From a virus: 64,000 nt of DNA. Made by a program: the position numbers and the translations under genes. Under the pieces are notes generated by a model, which had not been told where the DNA came from, searched no databases, and saw nothing but the letters and a program-made list of their open reading frames with translations. The stretch lies in the IMG/VR virus record IMGVR_UViG_3300031991_000011, positions 1 to 64,000 of that record; one strand, written 5' to 3'. Positions 45,140 through 53,792 of this stretch are shown here, in pieces (within the stretch, counting starts at the first letter, position 1; every line of letters begins with the position of its first letter).

Positions 45140-46450
45140 TCAGTTCGCCTTGGCCGCGGAGCCGTAGGCAGATGCGAGGATTCGCGCGGCCGTCGCGGCA
45201 TCGCGAGCTTCTTCGCTCAGTTCTTCTTTCTTCTCGCCGCCGCCGGCGCCGGGGCCCGGCGTCTGACCGGCCATGGCCTTCTCGAAGGCCGGGTTGCCGG
45301 CGTTCGACTCGGTGGTCGTCGCGGCGGCCTTCTCGACCGGGAGCTTGCCGAGCATGGTCTTGACCTGTTCGAGCGGGAGGTCGGTGTCCATCGCGAACGC
45401 TTCCGCCGCGGCCGGGCGCTCCTTGGCTTCGTCGAGAGCCTTGATGGCAACGATTCGAGCCTTCGCGTCTTTTGCCGCCTGGGCCGCCGCGTTGCGGACA
45501 GCTTCGTCGTGGGCGGCTTGGTCGATGCCAGCCTTGGGTTCTTGGGTCGCCATGGTCACGTCTCCGTCGCTCAAGAGGCAGACCGAAAAGTCCGCCAGGG
45601 CTTCATCCAGGGGGCCTACCTTGTCGGCCAGTCCCCGATCTACAGCCTCGGCAGAGACAAAAGTCAACGCCTCGGTCTTGCGAATCTGTGCTTCGGGCAG
45701 TTTCCGGTTGCGCGCGACCGCGCCGACGAACACGTCGTAGGTCGCGTCGATGCGCGCCTGCATGCGCTTCTGCGCATCCTCCGAAAGAGCTTGATACGGG
45801 TTGCCGTCGATCTTGTGCTTGCCGGCATAGACGAAGGTGATCTCGACACCAGCCTGCTCCAGGGCGCCGGCCCAACTCATGTGCATGGTCACGACGCCGA
45901 TGGAACCGACACCGCCAGTGCGGGAAACGGTGATCCGCGAAGCTGCGCTCGCGATGGCGTAGGCCGCCGAGTATGCGTGCTCGTGCGCGAACGCAGCAAT
46001 CGGCTTCTGCGAGCGCCATTCGTAGATGCGGTCCACCAACTCGAAGCAGCCGGCGACGTGACCGCCGGGGCTGTCGCACACGAGCGCGATGCCGCGAACG
46101 TCGGGGTCGCCGAGGCCGCGTTCGATTGCCTTCTGGATGTAGTAATATCCGGTGGCGTAAGAGCCGACCGAATAGGGGAAGTTGTGCAGGAGAACGCCTT
46201 TCACTGGGACGTGAAGAACGCCTTGCTTCACGACATACGGCTTGAGCGACGCCTGCCACGAGTCGGCCGCGGGCCAATAGTCGTCATGGCCTGCGTTGGT
46301 GATCGTCTCGGTACTCGCGAAGATTTCGTTCGCGTTCGGGTGCGCAGCGAGCGCACGCAGACACGCAGTCACGCGGTTGTTTTGGTCCGGCGACATGAGA
46401 ACGGCGTCGAAATCGCCGAACCCTGCGAAGCTCGCGAGCACGTTATTCAT
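45140..46450 (-). CDS. S49-family prohead protease with C-terminal scaffold domain (gpC-like)
   Basis: DSPGGHVAG ... TGGVGSIGV SppA/S49 signature; Ala/Lys-rich helical C-terminal half. Confidence 0.75.
   Translation of the reverse strand: MNNVLASFAGFGDFDAVLMSPDQNNRVTACLRALAAHPNANEIFASTETITNAGHDDYWPAADSWQASLKPYVVKQGVLHVPVKGVLLHNFPYSVGSYATGYYYIQKAIERGLGDPDVRGIALVCDSPGGHVAGCFELVDRIYEWRSQKPIAAFAHEHAYSAAYAIASAASRITVSRTGGVGSIGVVTMHMSWAGALEQAGVEITFVYAGKHKIDGNPYQALSEDAQKRMQARIDATYDVFVGAVARNRKLPEAQIRKTEALTFVSAEAVDRGLADKVGPLDEALADFSVCLLSDGDVTMATQEPKAGIDQAAHDEAVRNAAAQAAKDAKARIVAIKALDEAKERPAAAEAFAMDTDLPLEQVKTMLGKLPVEKAAATTTESNAGNPAFEKAMAGQTPGPGAGGGEKKEELSEEARDAATAARILASAYGSAAKAN
45637..45676 (-). repeat. 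second copy of 40-bp conserved element inside protease/scaffold gene
   Basis: 34/40 identical to 41417..41456. Confidence 0.5.
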
Positions 46451-48161
46451 CGGTCACGTCCTTCTTCTTTTCCTTCGGCTCGCCGTCTTCTCCCGGCTCT
46501 CTCGGGCTGCCGGACAGCGCATTCTCCATGTTGGGATCGACGACCGGCGCAAGTCCGAGTTCGTCCACCATCGTCTTCTCTCGTGCTTTCTGCTTGAGAA
46601 CTGCGCGCCAGTCCAGCCCGTGTGCCCGTGCAAGCTCGATCTCAAGGGTCGAGAGGTTGTTGTTGATGCGGAGAACCGCGGCCTGGGTCTCCTTCAACTC
46701 GTCGATCTGTCCGCGGCCGGCGCCCAGCCAGTCGCACTGGGTGTAGGCGTCCTTGTTCATGCCCTCGTAGAAGTCGGGGCGGCCTTTGAGTGTGGTGATG
46801 ATTCCGGCGTTGACCGCTTCCTCGAACCACAGGCGATAGATGTGCGTGGCGAAGCGGTCGGCGACCATCTTCTTGCGCGCCTGCATGAACTTCCAGGTCT
46901 GGATCATCGCCGCGCGCATCGAGGAGTAATTCGACTGCGAATAGTCGCGGCTAAGCTCCTCGTAAGAGACCCCCAGGTTCGCAGCGATGTAGCGCAAAAG
47001 CGACGCCTCGAACTCCGTCCCGAGAGGCCCGCCCTGGCCGGCCGGGCGAAGCTGGAGCTTCTGACCGGGGAACAGGTGCGGGATGCGCACGCCGTCAATC
47101 GTCAGGCTCTTGGAGCCCCCCGAGAAATCGTTGACCGCGCCCAGGTAGTTTTCGGCCCAGGACACGAGGTCTGTGTCGTCCCCGTTGCCCAGCACGCCTT
47201 CGTGCTGTCCCGGCAATTCAGCTTCGATGCTGGCCGCCACGGATGCGTTCAAGACCGCGTTTTGGAGCACGATGTCGCGGAACCGCTTCGTGACCCGCAT
47301 CTCTTTGAGCGCGGTCGTCAGGTCGGAGATGCCGCGAGTCTGATCGACCCGCGCTTGCTCGAAGATATGGATGACACGCTGCCGGCCCCACGCCATTCGC
47401 GCCGGGTAGTTCTTCCAGTTGAGGCTGTTCACCTGATAGTCGGACGGGTGGCTCTCGCGAATCCAGTAGGACACGGGTGCGCCATAGCGGTCGCGCTCGA
47501 CGCCGCCGCGCAGCGTCCCAGCCGAGATCGTGCCGTAGGGGTTCGAGAGGCGGTCGCTCTCGATCATCTGGATCGCAGTCCGATACGGCCGGGCGGCCGT
47601 CGCACGAATCCACTCGCACGATGCGAGCACTTCACCGCTGGCGAGATAGACTCCGATGGCGAGACGAACGAGCCCGGTGAGTGTGTTCATGCGCGACGCA
47701 TCGGGCCAGTTGTCGGGGCTCTCTGCCCACAGCGTGAACAGGGCTTCGACTTCTTCCTGGAACTCCTGTTCCCAGGTGCCGTCTTTGTCCTCGATCCCGA
47801 GAGCGCGAGTGTTCGGTTTCGCGTTGAGCAGAAAATACGAACCGACAACGCCGTCTCGGTGCAGGTGTTCGCCGCTCTGCACGTAGGCGTCGTTGCGCAT
47901 GACATCGCGGGCTCGCGCCGTCGCGTTGTCGCGCTCGTAGAGCATGTCCGCGTCGGCGCTGCGCAGCGGCGGCGACCACAGCGCGAGGTCGCGGTTCGTG
48001 TTGCTGGCGCCTTCATAGGCGCCGCCAACAAGAGCGAGGTCGCGGCCCCGGCCAGCGCGGAGGGGGAGCGCGCCTTCCGGCCGGGGCCGCTCTTCGTCGG
48101 CGCCGCCGGGGGTGTGCAGGCCGAGAAGGTCAGAGATCGAGCGACGAGTCATTTGAGCCAC
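46443..48161 (-). CDS. portal protein (lambda family)
   Basis: 572 aa between gpW-like and protease genes. Confidence 0.6.
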   Translation of the reverse strand: MAQMTRRSISDLLGLHTPGGADEERPRPEGALPLRAGRGRDLALVGGAYEGASNTNRDLALWSPPLRSADADMLYERDNATARARDVMRNDAYVQSGEHLHRDGVVGSYFLLNAKPNTRALGIEDKDGTWEQEFQEEVEALFTLWAESPDNWPDASRMNTLTGLVRLAIGVYLASGEVLASCEWIRATAARPYRTAIQMIESDRLSNPYGTISAGTLRGGVERDRYGAPVSYWIRESHPSDYQVNSLNWKNYPARMAWGRQRVIHIFEQARVDQTRGISDLTTALKEMRVTKRFRDIVLQNAVLNASVAASIEAELPGQHEGVLGNGDDTDLVSWAENYLGAVNDFSGGSKSLTIDGVRIPHLFPGQKLQLRPAGQGGPLGTEFEASLLRYIAANLGVSYEELSRDYSQSNYSSMRAAMIQTWKFMQARKKMVADRFATHIYRLWFEEAVNAGIITTLKGRPDFYEGMNKDAYTQCDWLGAGRGQIDELKETQAAVLRINNNLSTLEIELARAHGLDWRAVLKQKAREKTMVDELGLAPVVDPNMENALSGSPREPGEDGEPKEKKKDVTDE

Positions 48162-48367
48162 GTCTTGGTTGGCCCGCTCCGGTAGGTGGTGCCGGCGATC
48201 TCGGCCTCCAGGCGGGCGATGTACTGGGCGAGGGCGGAGCGGTTGGCCGTCGTGTACTCGACGCGCTCGCCGTTCTGATCGACGACCACGCGCGCCGACC
48301 GACCGACGAGGAGTTCGTGGTAGGCCGCCTGGGCGTCAGCTAGTTTCTGGGCGAGCGTCAACGCCAT
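48149..48367 (-). CDS. gpW-like head-tail joining protein
   Basis: 72 aa; ALTLAQKLADAQAAYHELLVG...VEYTTANRSALAQYIARLEAEIAG resembles the gpW family. Confidence 0.55.
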   Translation of the reverse strand: MALTLAQKLADAQAAYHELLVGRSARVVVDQNGERVEYTTANRSALAQYIARLEAEIAGTTYRSGPTKTWLK

Positions 48368-48430
48368 TTCCGGGCCCTCGGGTAAGACTAGCTCCCAGCA
48401 TTAAGGCAGGGGAACCGGGAAGGCAACGGG

Positions 48431-50524
48431 TCAGGCCATGCTCTCCCCAAGCTCCTTGAGCGAGCGCCGGCTGCGCTTGCCCGAGAACCCGGCCTTGTCT
48501 GGTCCCGAGATCACCATGTCGTTCTTGTCCCAGACGTTGGCCCAGCCCGGCGGCTCGTCCCAGTCAATGGTCTCGGCCTTGATCCGCGCGTCGAGTCCGA
48601 GCGACACCGCGTAGTACAGGAGGTCGAACGATTCGTTGCGCTTCGAGCCGGTGTTTTCCCAACCCTTCGGCGTCCGCACTTCCGCGGTCAACTGCATGTA
48701 GAGCCAGTCTTCCGCCCAGACGGGGAAGTGGATCATGCCCCCGTTCGGTTCGGTGCGACCGAGCATCGCGAACACGGTGTCCTTCTGGAGGTTCGAGTTG
48801 ATGAAGCCGACCGGCACGTCCCCTCGCGACGCCGCCATGCGGTCCTTCTTTTGCGCGTCCGGGAAATACCGTTTGTATCGCGGCGCGGTTTTCGACGGCT
48901 CGCCTTTGAGCAACTGAAAGCGGTTGTGCAAGCTCTGCCCCGCCAAGCCTTCGGCGTCGCGGAGATGTCGCCAGAAGCCGTAGGCGTTCGTGGTCACACC
49001 CTCTCGTCCGCCGGAGTCGCAACCGGTGAGCTTGATCTGCATGTGCCGGCCGGAATCGTCTGCGAGAGGGTACGTCTTTCGTATGACCTGATCGATCAGC
49101 AAGTTCCAGTCTTCTGGGTAAGCCGCGGGGTCGATAAGCTCGTGATCTCCGCTCTCGTCCACACGTTCTGATTTGCGGATTTTGAACATGTCTACGAGCC
49201 ACACGTCGCCGCCGACACCGAAGCCGTGGACGTGGCAGACGAACGCATGCTTTTGCACGTCAACGGTCGCTACGAGATATCGAACGCCATCCGGCACCAC
49301 CGGGTCTCGCTGCGTTCCGCCCCAGTCTTCTGCGCGGTTCTTCAACTCTTCCGGCAGCCTCGCGGCCTCAAGCGCTTTCGGTGTGTACGGCTCGCCGCGG
49401 TCTGCGTTGACGGTCGCGCGCAGCGCTTCTTCGCTGCCTGTTTTATCGAACTCGTCGGATGCCTTGATGTACTTCATCACAAGCTCGCTCCAGTCGGCGA
49501 ACGCGGCTGCGACGCCCTTGAGCCAGAAGCTTGCGATGTCGGAGCGCAACGGGGCCCCGGTGATGGTGCCGTCCTTGTTCCAGCGCTGCCCGTCTTTGAT
49601 CCACCGGCCGGTGAGGTTCAACTGATATTTTTGCTGGTGCTTGATCGGCACGTAGCAGTGAGGGCAGTTCATCACCGCGTTCTCTGCACGGAACACGTCG
49701 TCGCCCTCGTCGGGATAGTCGAGATGCTTGAAGTCGGGCTCGAACGGCTCGAAGCAGTGTGGACACTTCCAATACCACCGGCGGCGGTCGCCGCGGTTGT
49801 AGAGGGATAGGATGCCGCTCGTGGGCTCGGCCTCGTGTTTCGTTGATCCGATCCAGCGCGGGTCGAGCACGTCGCGGCCCGGCGAGGATTCTGCAACGCA
49901 CATTCCGAAGCGGCGGAAGGTCCGGGCCCGCACCCGAGCGAGGTCGAACGGCGCACCTTCTCCGTCCACGTTCTCAGGCATGGCGTCGTAGTCGGTCAAC
50001 CAGAGGCGCGGGATCGGTTTGCCTCGAAGCTCTGCCACTGACGGGTGCGAGATCGAGAGGAACATGCCGTTTTTGTAGCGCACGTCGAACACGTTCTGCG
50101 AGTTCCGGCCGGGCAGAAGAAACTCCTTCATGATCGGCGTGTCTCGGTGTAGGCGCGCAAGTCGAGTCTTCGAGAAATAGCGGGCGGCGTCTTTGGTTGG
50201 CGACACCAACATCATGTCGGCCGGGTCGCACACCACACTGTGCACGATCCACGACGGGAACAGTTCGGTCTTGCCGCTCTGTGCTGGGCCGACGAACACC
50301 ATTGCGGTGTACTCGTGTGAGGTCAGAACCTCGCCCGGCTCCACCATGTACGGGGTCTTGTCGAATTTGAAGTCGCCGACATAGCCGCCGCCCTCGTTCT
50401 TGAGTTGGCGGTGCTTCTCGGCGGCCTCGGGCACGGTCAGGCGATCCGGCGGCCGGATCACGTCGGCGGCTGCGGCTGCAATGTGTTCGAGGCTGTCGAA
50501 AGCAGGAGGCTTATGTCGCTTCAT
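48431..50524 (-). CDS. terminase large subunit (gpA-like)
   Basis: ~700 aa with Walker A-like GPAQSGKT; ATG 50524 preferred over upstream extension. Confidence 0.7.
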   Translation of the reverse strand: MKRHKPPAFDSLEHIAAAAADVIRPPDRLTVPEAAEKHRQLKNEGGGYVGDFKFDKTPYMVEPGEVLTSHEYTAMVFVGPAQSGKTELFPSWIVHSVVCDPADMMLVSPTKDAARYFSKTRLARLHRDTPIMKEFLLPGRNSQNVFDVRYKNGMFLSISHPSVAELRGKPIPRLWLTDYDAMPENVDGEGAPFDLARVRARTFRRFGMCVAESSPGRDVLDPRWIGSTKHEAEPTSGILSLYNRGDRRRWYWKCPHCFEPFEPDFKHLDYPDEGDDVFRAENAVMNCPHCYVPIKHQQKYQLNLTGRWIKDGQRWNKDGTITGAPLRSDIASFWLKGVAAAFADWSELVMKYIKASDEFDKTGSEEALRATVNADRGEPYTPKALEAARLPEELKNRAEDWGGTQRDPVVPDGVRYLVATVDVQKHAFVCHVHGFGVGGDVWLVDMFKIRKSERVDESGDHELIDPAAYPEDWNLLIDQVIRKTYPLADDSGRHMQIKLTGCDSGGREGVTTNAYGFWRHLRDAEGLAGQSLHNRFQLLKGEPSKTAPRYKRYFPDAQKKDRMAASRGDVPVGFINSNLQKDTVFAMLGRTEPNGGMIHFPVWAEDWLYMQLTAEVRTPKGWENTGSKRNESFDLLYYAVSLGLDARIKAETIDWDEPPGWANVWDKNDMVISGPDKAGFSGKRSRRSLKELGESMA

Positions 50525-51122
50525 CGTCGAGCGCTCGTTCTTCGAGGACGCTGCCGTTATGGGCCAGCTTGGGCATCTCAACGAAGATCGAATGCAGTGC
50601 GACCCGGAGCGCGTCAACGCGCGCCGCCAGGGCTTTGTGTTGCTCCTTGGTCAAGCCGACCTCCCGCTCAACCTCGTCCGGCCACAACTGCATCTGGTTT
50701 TTGAGTTGCACGAACGCTTCTGCGAAAACCGCCATGACGCGCTCGGTCGCCCACAACTCGCCGGCCCTCTCTTCGTAGTTGAGGCGCTTGTTTTCCGCGT
50801 CCCAGAACTCCTTCCGCAACACCGGCGGAAGCTCCATCGGGTTCATGTTGCGGATGTACTCGCCAACGTCGAAGCGCGGCTTCACGAGATACGACGCCGC
50901 CATCTCCAGGTCGTAGAGTGGCCGGTTCGACCCTTTGGACTTCGGAGCCAGCGGCGCGAGCCGCTTCTTCACGGTCTTGGGGTCCATGCGGAATGCGCCG
51001 GCCAGCCAAGCGATGGTGACGCCTTGGCGTAGCTTGGCCCAGTCCATCTCGGGCTGTTCCACTGGTGCCTCGTCGGTAGTGCCGAGGAGGTCCGCGTCTG
51101 ATCTTTTCCGGGGCGAAGTCAT
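50511..51122 (-). CDS. terminase small subunit
   Basis: 203-aa protein immediately upstream of TerL with overlap. Confidence 0.5.
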   Translation of the reverse strand: MTSPRKRSDADLLGTTDEAPVEQPEMDWAKLRQGVTIAWLAGAFRMDPKTVKKRLAPLAPKSKGSNRPLYDLEMAASYLVKPRFDVGEYIRNMNPMELPPVLRKEFWDAENKRLNYEERAGELWATERVMAVFAEAFVQLKNQMQLWPDEVEREVGLTKEQHKALAARVDALRVALHSIFVEMPKLAHNGSVLEERALDDEAT

Positions 51123-51136
51123 ACTTTTGTTATGCC

Positions 51137-51898
51137 CTATCCCCAGAATTTCTCAACCCACGGGGAGAGTTCGCGGATTCTGGGGAGCCACGGGGAGTGC
51201 GGCCCGTTCATCTGAATCAGCCTCGCTCCCGAAGGGAGCGGCCCGCCGGTCGGCTCGTGCTTGAGCGGCCCTATGAGGTTCCGCTGCACCCACGACTCGT
51301 AGGCCCACTCGTTGCGCGGCCGAATGTCGTCGCGGTAGCAGAACAGCCCGTCGTCGCGTGTGATCTTGGTGATCTTGTCGTTGGCCTTGATGGCGATCCA
51401 CGCTTGATCGCTGCCGCCGTACCGGAGCCCTCGACCCTTCACGTTGGCTTGCCAGCGTGCGCGGCTGTACTCGGTGTAGATTTCCGGGGCCACGCCGTGA
51501 TCCGCGATCACGAGCGAGCCGTTCACCGGCTGAGGCGGAAGCTCGACGCCCGACATCAAGAAGGGCTCGGTGCGCGTGAAGATCGGCGTGATGTCGTCCA
51601 CAGCCACCATGTCGATGTCCAACCAAGCCCAGCGCGGCTCGGGGATGATCTGGCGGAAGCTCGGGTCGAAACACTTGAGCCTGACGAGACACTTCCCCTC
51701 CGCCCGCAACTCCGACCACAGCGGGACGACTTGGGCTTGGTCTTTGAAGTGCTCTCGCGTTTCTTTTGAATCGGAGATGACGACGAACCGGTGTGGTGCG
51801 CGCAGAAAGCGTTTCACCATGTCCATCGTGCGCTGGAGATATTGGTCTGGGAACTTGTTCCCCCACGACCACAGGATGATTGGCAGGGCGCTACTCAC
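51137..51898 (-). CDS. putative glycosyltransferase (DxD-containing)
   Basis: 253 aa; WLDIDMVAVDD DxD-like motif; last gene of a 4-gene coupled operon. Confidence 0.35.
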   Translation of the reverse strand: MSSALPIILWSWGNKFPDQYLQRTMDMVKRFLRAPHRFVVISDSKETREHFKDQAQVVPLWSELRAEGKCLVRLKCFDPSFRQIIPEPRWAWLDIDMVAVDDITPIFTRTEPFLMSGVELPPQPVNGSLVIADHGVAPEIYTEYSRARWQANVKGRGLRYGGSDQAWIAIKANDKITKITRDDGLFCYRDDIRPRNEWAYESWVQRNLIGPLKHEPTGGPLPSGARLIQMNGPHSPWLPRIRELSPWVEKFWG

Positions 51899-52505
51899 GT
51901 TCTTTTCCTTCCGGTAAAAAGGGGAACTCTTTCACTGCGGATTTCGGGTTGAGGTTGAACACTTGCACGCCCAGGCGACGGAAGTCGCGCGGGAGTCTGC
52001 TATACCCCCACCGCTGCCTCTCGTATCGCATGTGCCAGTCTTCCTTGTGCTCGCCGACGAAATACTTCGTCCCGTCTGGCGCCGCTTTTCCATCGACGCC
52101 GATGAGCAAGACTTTTCGGGCACCGCGCAGCACCGCGTAGTTGATAGCCAGGGCCGTCGTCGTGAAGGAGCCTCGCAGTTCGCGTGGGTTCTCGGAGAGG
52201 CCGCCGCCGGCCACCTTCGGGATGAACTCGATTCGCGAGTCGAACAGTTTCTCGGGCAACGGCACCGGGTCTGTGTAGAGGATCAACGGCCCGAGGTACT
52301 GTGACAGGTCTGGGTTCCGGCGCGCGTAGCGGTGGTCTCCGATCAGGAGCACGTCGGCACTCGGCACCGCGTGATACCCATCCTTCACAGCGATTGTTTT
52401 GAGCTCTTTGATTCGACGAAATTTGAACTCCGCGACGCTCGGACCCGAGGCCACGATGGCGACGACCTCGCCAACCCAATCGCGAGGAACGACATGGCTC
52501 TTCAT
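51891..52505 (-). CDS. Maf/DUF115-like putative glycosyltransferase
   Basis: VVAIVASGPSV ... IAVKDGY ... TTTALAINYAVLRGARKVLLIGVDGK; paralog of 22261..23100; ATG 52505 overlaps upstream stop. Confidence 0.5.
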   Translation of the reverse strand: MKSHVVPRDWVGEVVAIVASGPSVAEFKFRRIKELKTIAVKDGYHAVPSADVLLIGDHRYARRNPDLSQYLGPLILYTDPVPLPEKLFDSRIEFIPKVAGGGLSENPRELRGSFTTTALAINYAVLRGARKVLLIGVDGKAAPDGTKYFVGEHKEDWHMRYERQRWGYSRLPRDFRRLGVQVFNLNPKSAVKEFPFLPEGKERE

Positions 52506-53086
52506 CACGCGGCGTCGGCGACCTGGACTTTCGGACGCACCAGCACCGCAAGCTCGATCCCGACACGGGCCGGCTTGATCGGATCGACCTCGACGATCTC
52601 GCCGAAGTGCACGGCGAGCCGTTTCATCCACCATGGGGTGGGTTTGACGATCAGGTGGGCGTTGCGGCCGTCTGCGAGGCGTTTGTTCGCAAGACGCTGG
52701 GAGATCACCAGGAGGCCGCGCTTGTTGATCAGCGAGGCGATATGCGCGAGCACGTTGTCGAGCAGTTCGGGTTCGATGTGTTCGAGCACGTCGTTGCACG
52801 TCAAGAAGTCAGCCGGCTCGGGCATCTTCGGCATCGTCACCGGGTCGTAGCCCGCGCAAGTAATGCACTCGGAGGCAGGGCCCTTGGAGCGAGTGCGCTC
52901 TTCGATCTCGCGAAGCAAGTTGCCCTTGCCGCAGCCGTAGTCGAGGTACGACCCCGGCGGAAGGCCCTCGTCCGCCATGTAGCCGAGAACGCGGTCGGTC
53001 CAGGCGTCGCCCTTGCCGCCGTACTTCTTGTTGCGGCTGTGAAGCTCTGCGTTGAGGGCGCGGTAACTGTCGCTGATCAGCTTCAT
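52505..53086 (-). CDS. class I SAM-dependent methyltransferase
   Basis: motif I LDYGCGKGNL, post-I acidic residue, motif II DVLEH; ATG 53086. Confidence 0.65.
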   Translation of the reverse strand: MKLISDSYRALNAELHSRNKKYGGKGDAWTDRVLGYMADEGLPPGSYLDYGCGKGNLLREIEERTRSKGPASECITCAGYDPVTMPKMPEPADFLTCNDVLEHIEPELLDNVLAHIASLINKRGLLVISQRLANKRLADGRNAHLIVKPTPWWMKRLAVHFGEIVEVDPIKPARVGIELAVLVRPKVQVADAA

Positions 53087-53766
53087 TGTCCTTGCCTCGC
53101 TCTGATCTCGGCCAGGGCATGCACCCAGAGGTCGCCGAAGCGAACCCCTTTGTGATTGGTGTGCCACGGGCCGCCGTTGGTGAAGTGGATCGCCGCGGGA
53201 GTCGTGTCGTCGTGCGGCCAGTCGTATTCGCCTTCGAGCCAGTTCCACTCCTGGGGAAGCTCGCCGATTTTCTCTTCGGCCCACACGAAGCGGTGTAGAA
53301 TTTGAGGGTCGGCGTCGTTGACGAATTGCGGGGTGAGACGCCGGCAGCGCTCGTTGTTGAAGACCATGAGCGAGGACCAGTTCTTCCGCGGGTAGGCGAC
53401 TTGCGGGTGCCCGTCCATCTTCCATTTTGCCTTCGGCACATAGTCGTGCTTCACGACGTTCACGAACGCGCCTGGATCGACGTGGCGGCCGAGTTGGAGG
53501 ATATCGCGGGTGAAGAGGAAGTCGCAGTCCACGAACAACGCCTGACCTGCGTAGTTGCACAGGTGCGGCACGAGGAACCGAGTGTGCGCGAACTCGGTGG
53601 ACGCCGGTTCGTCCTCGGGCCGCGTGTAGAGGCCGCGGGCGCGGAGCCGGTCTTGCTTGAGCGCCGTGATGGCCAGGGGCACAGACGAGTGCTTCCGCAG
53701 CGAATCGGCACAGACCTCGTAGGCGTCTGGCTCGCGGCTGTCGTAGCCTATGAACACTCTCAGCAT
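53083..53766 (-). CDS. GT-A fold glycosyltransferase
   Basis: 227 aa; FVDCDF DxD motif in a nucleotide-sugar transferase-like context. Confidence 0.45.
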   Translation of the reverse strand: MLRVFIGYDSREPDAYEVCADSLRKHSSVPLAITALKQDRLRARGLYTRPEDEPASTEFAHTRFLVPHLCNYAGQALFVDCDFLFTRDILQLGRHVDPGAFVNVVKHDYVPKAKWKMDGHPQVAYPRKNWSSLMVFNNERCRRLTPQFVNDADPQILHRFVWAEEKIGELPQEWNWLEGEYDWPHDDTTPAAIHFTNGGPWHTNHKGVRFGDLWVHALAEIRARQGQ

Positions 53767-53792
53767 GGGAACCCTCTTTCAGCCCTTGTAGC

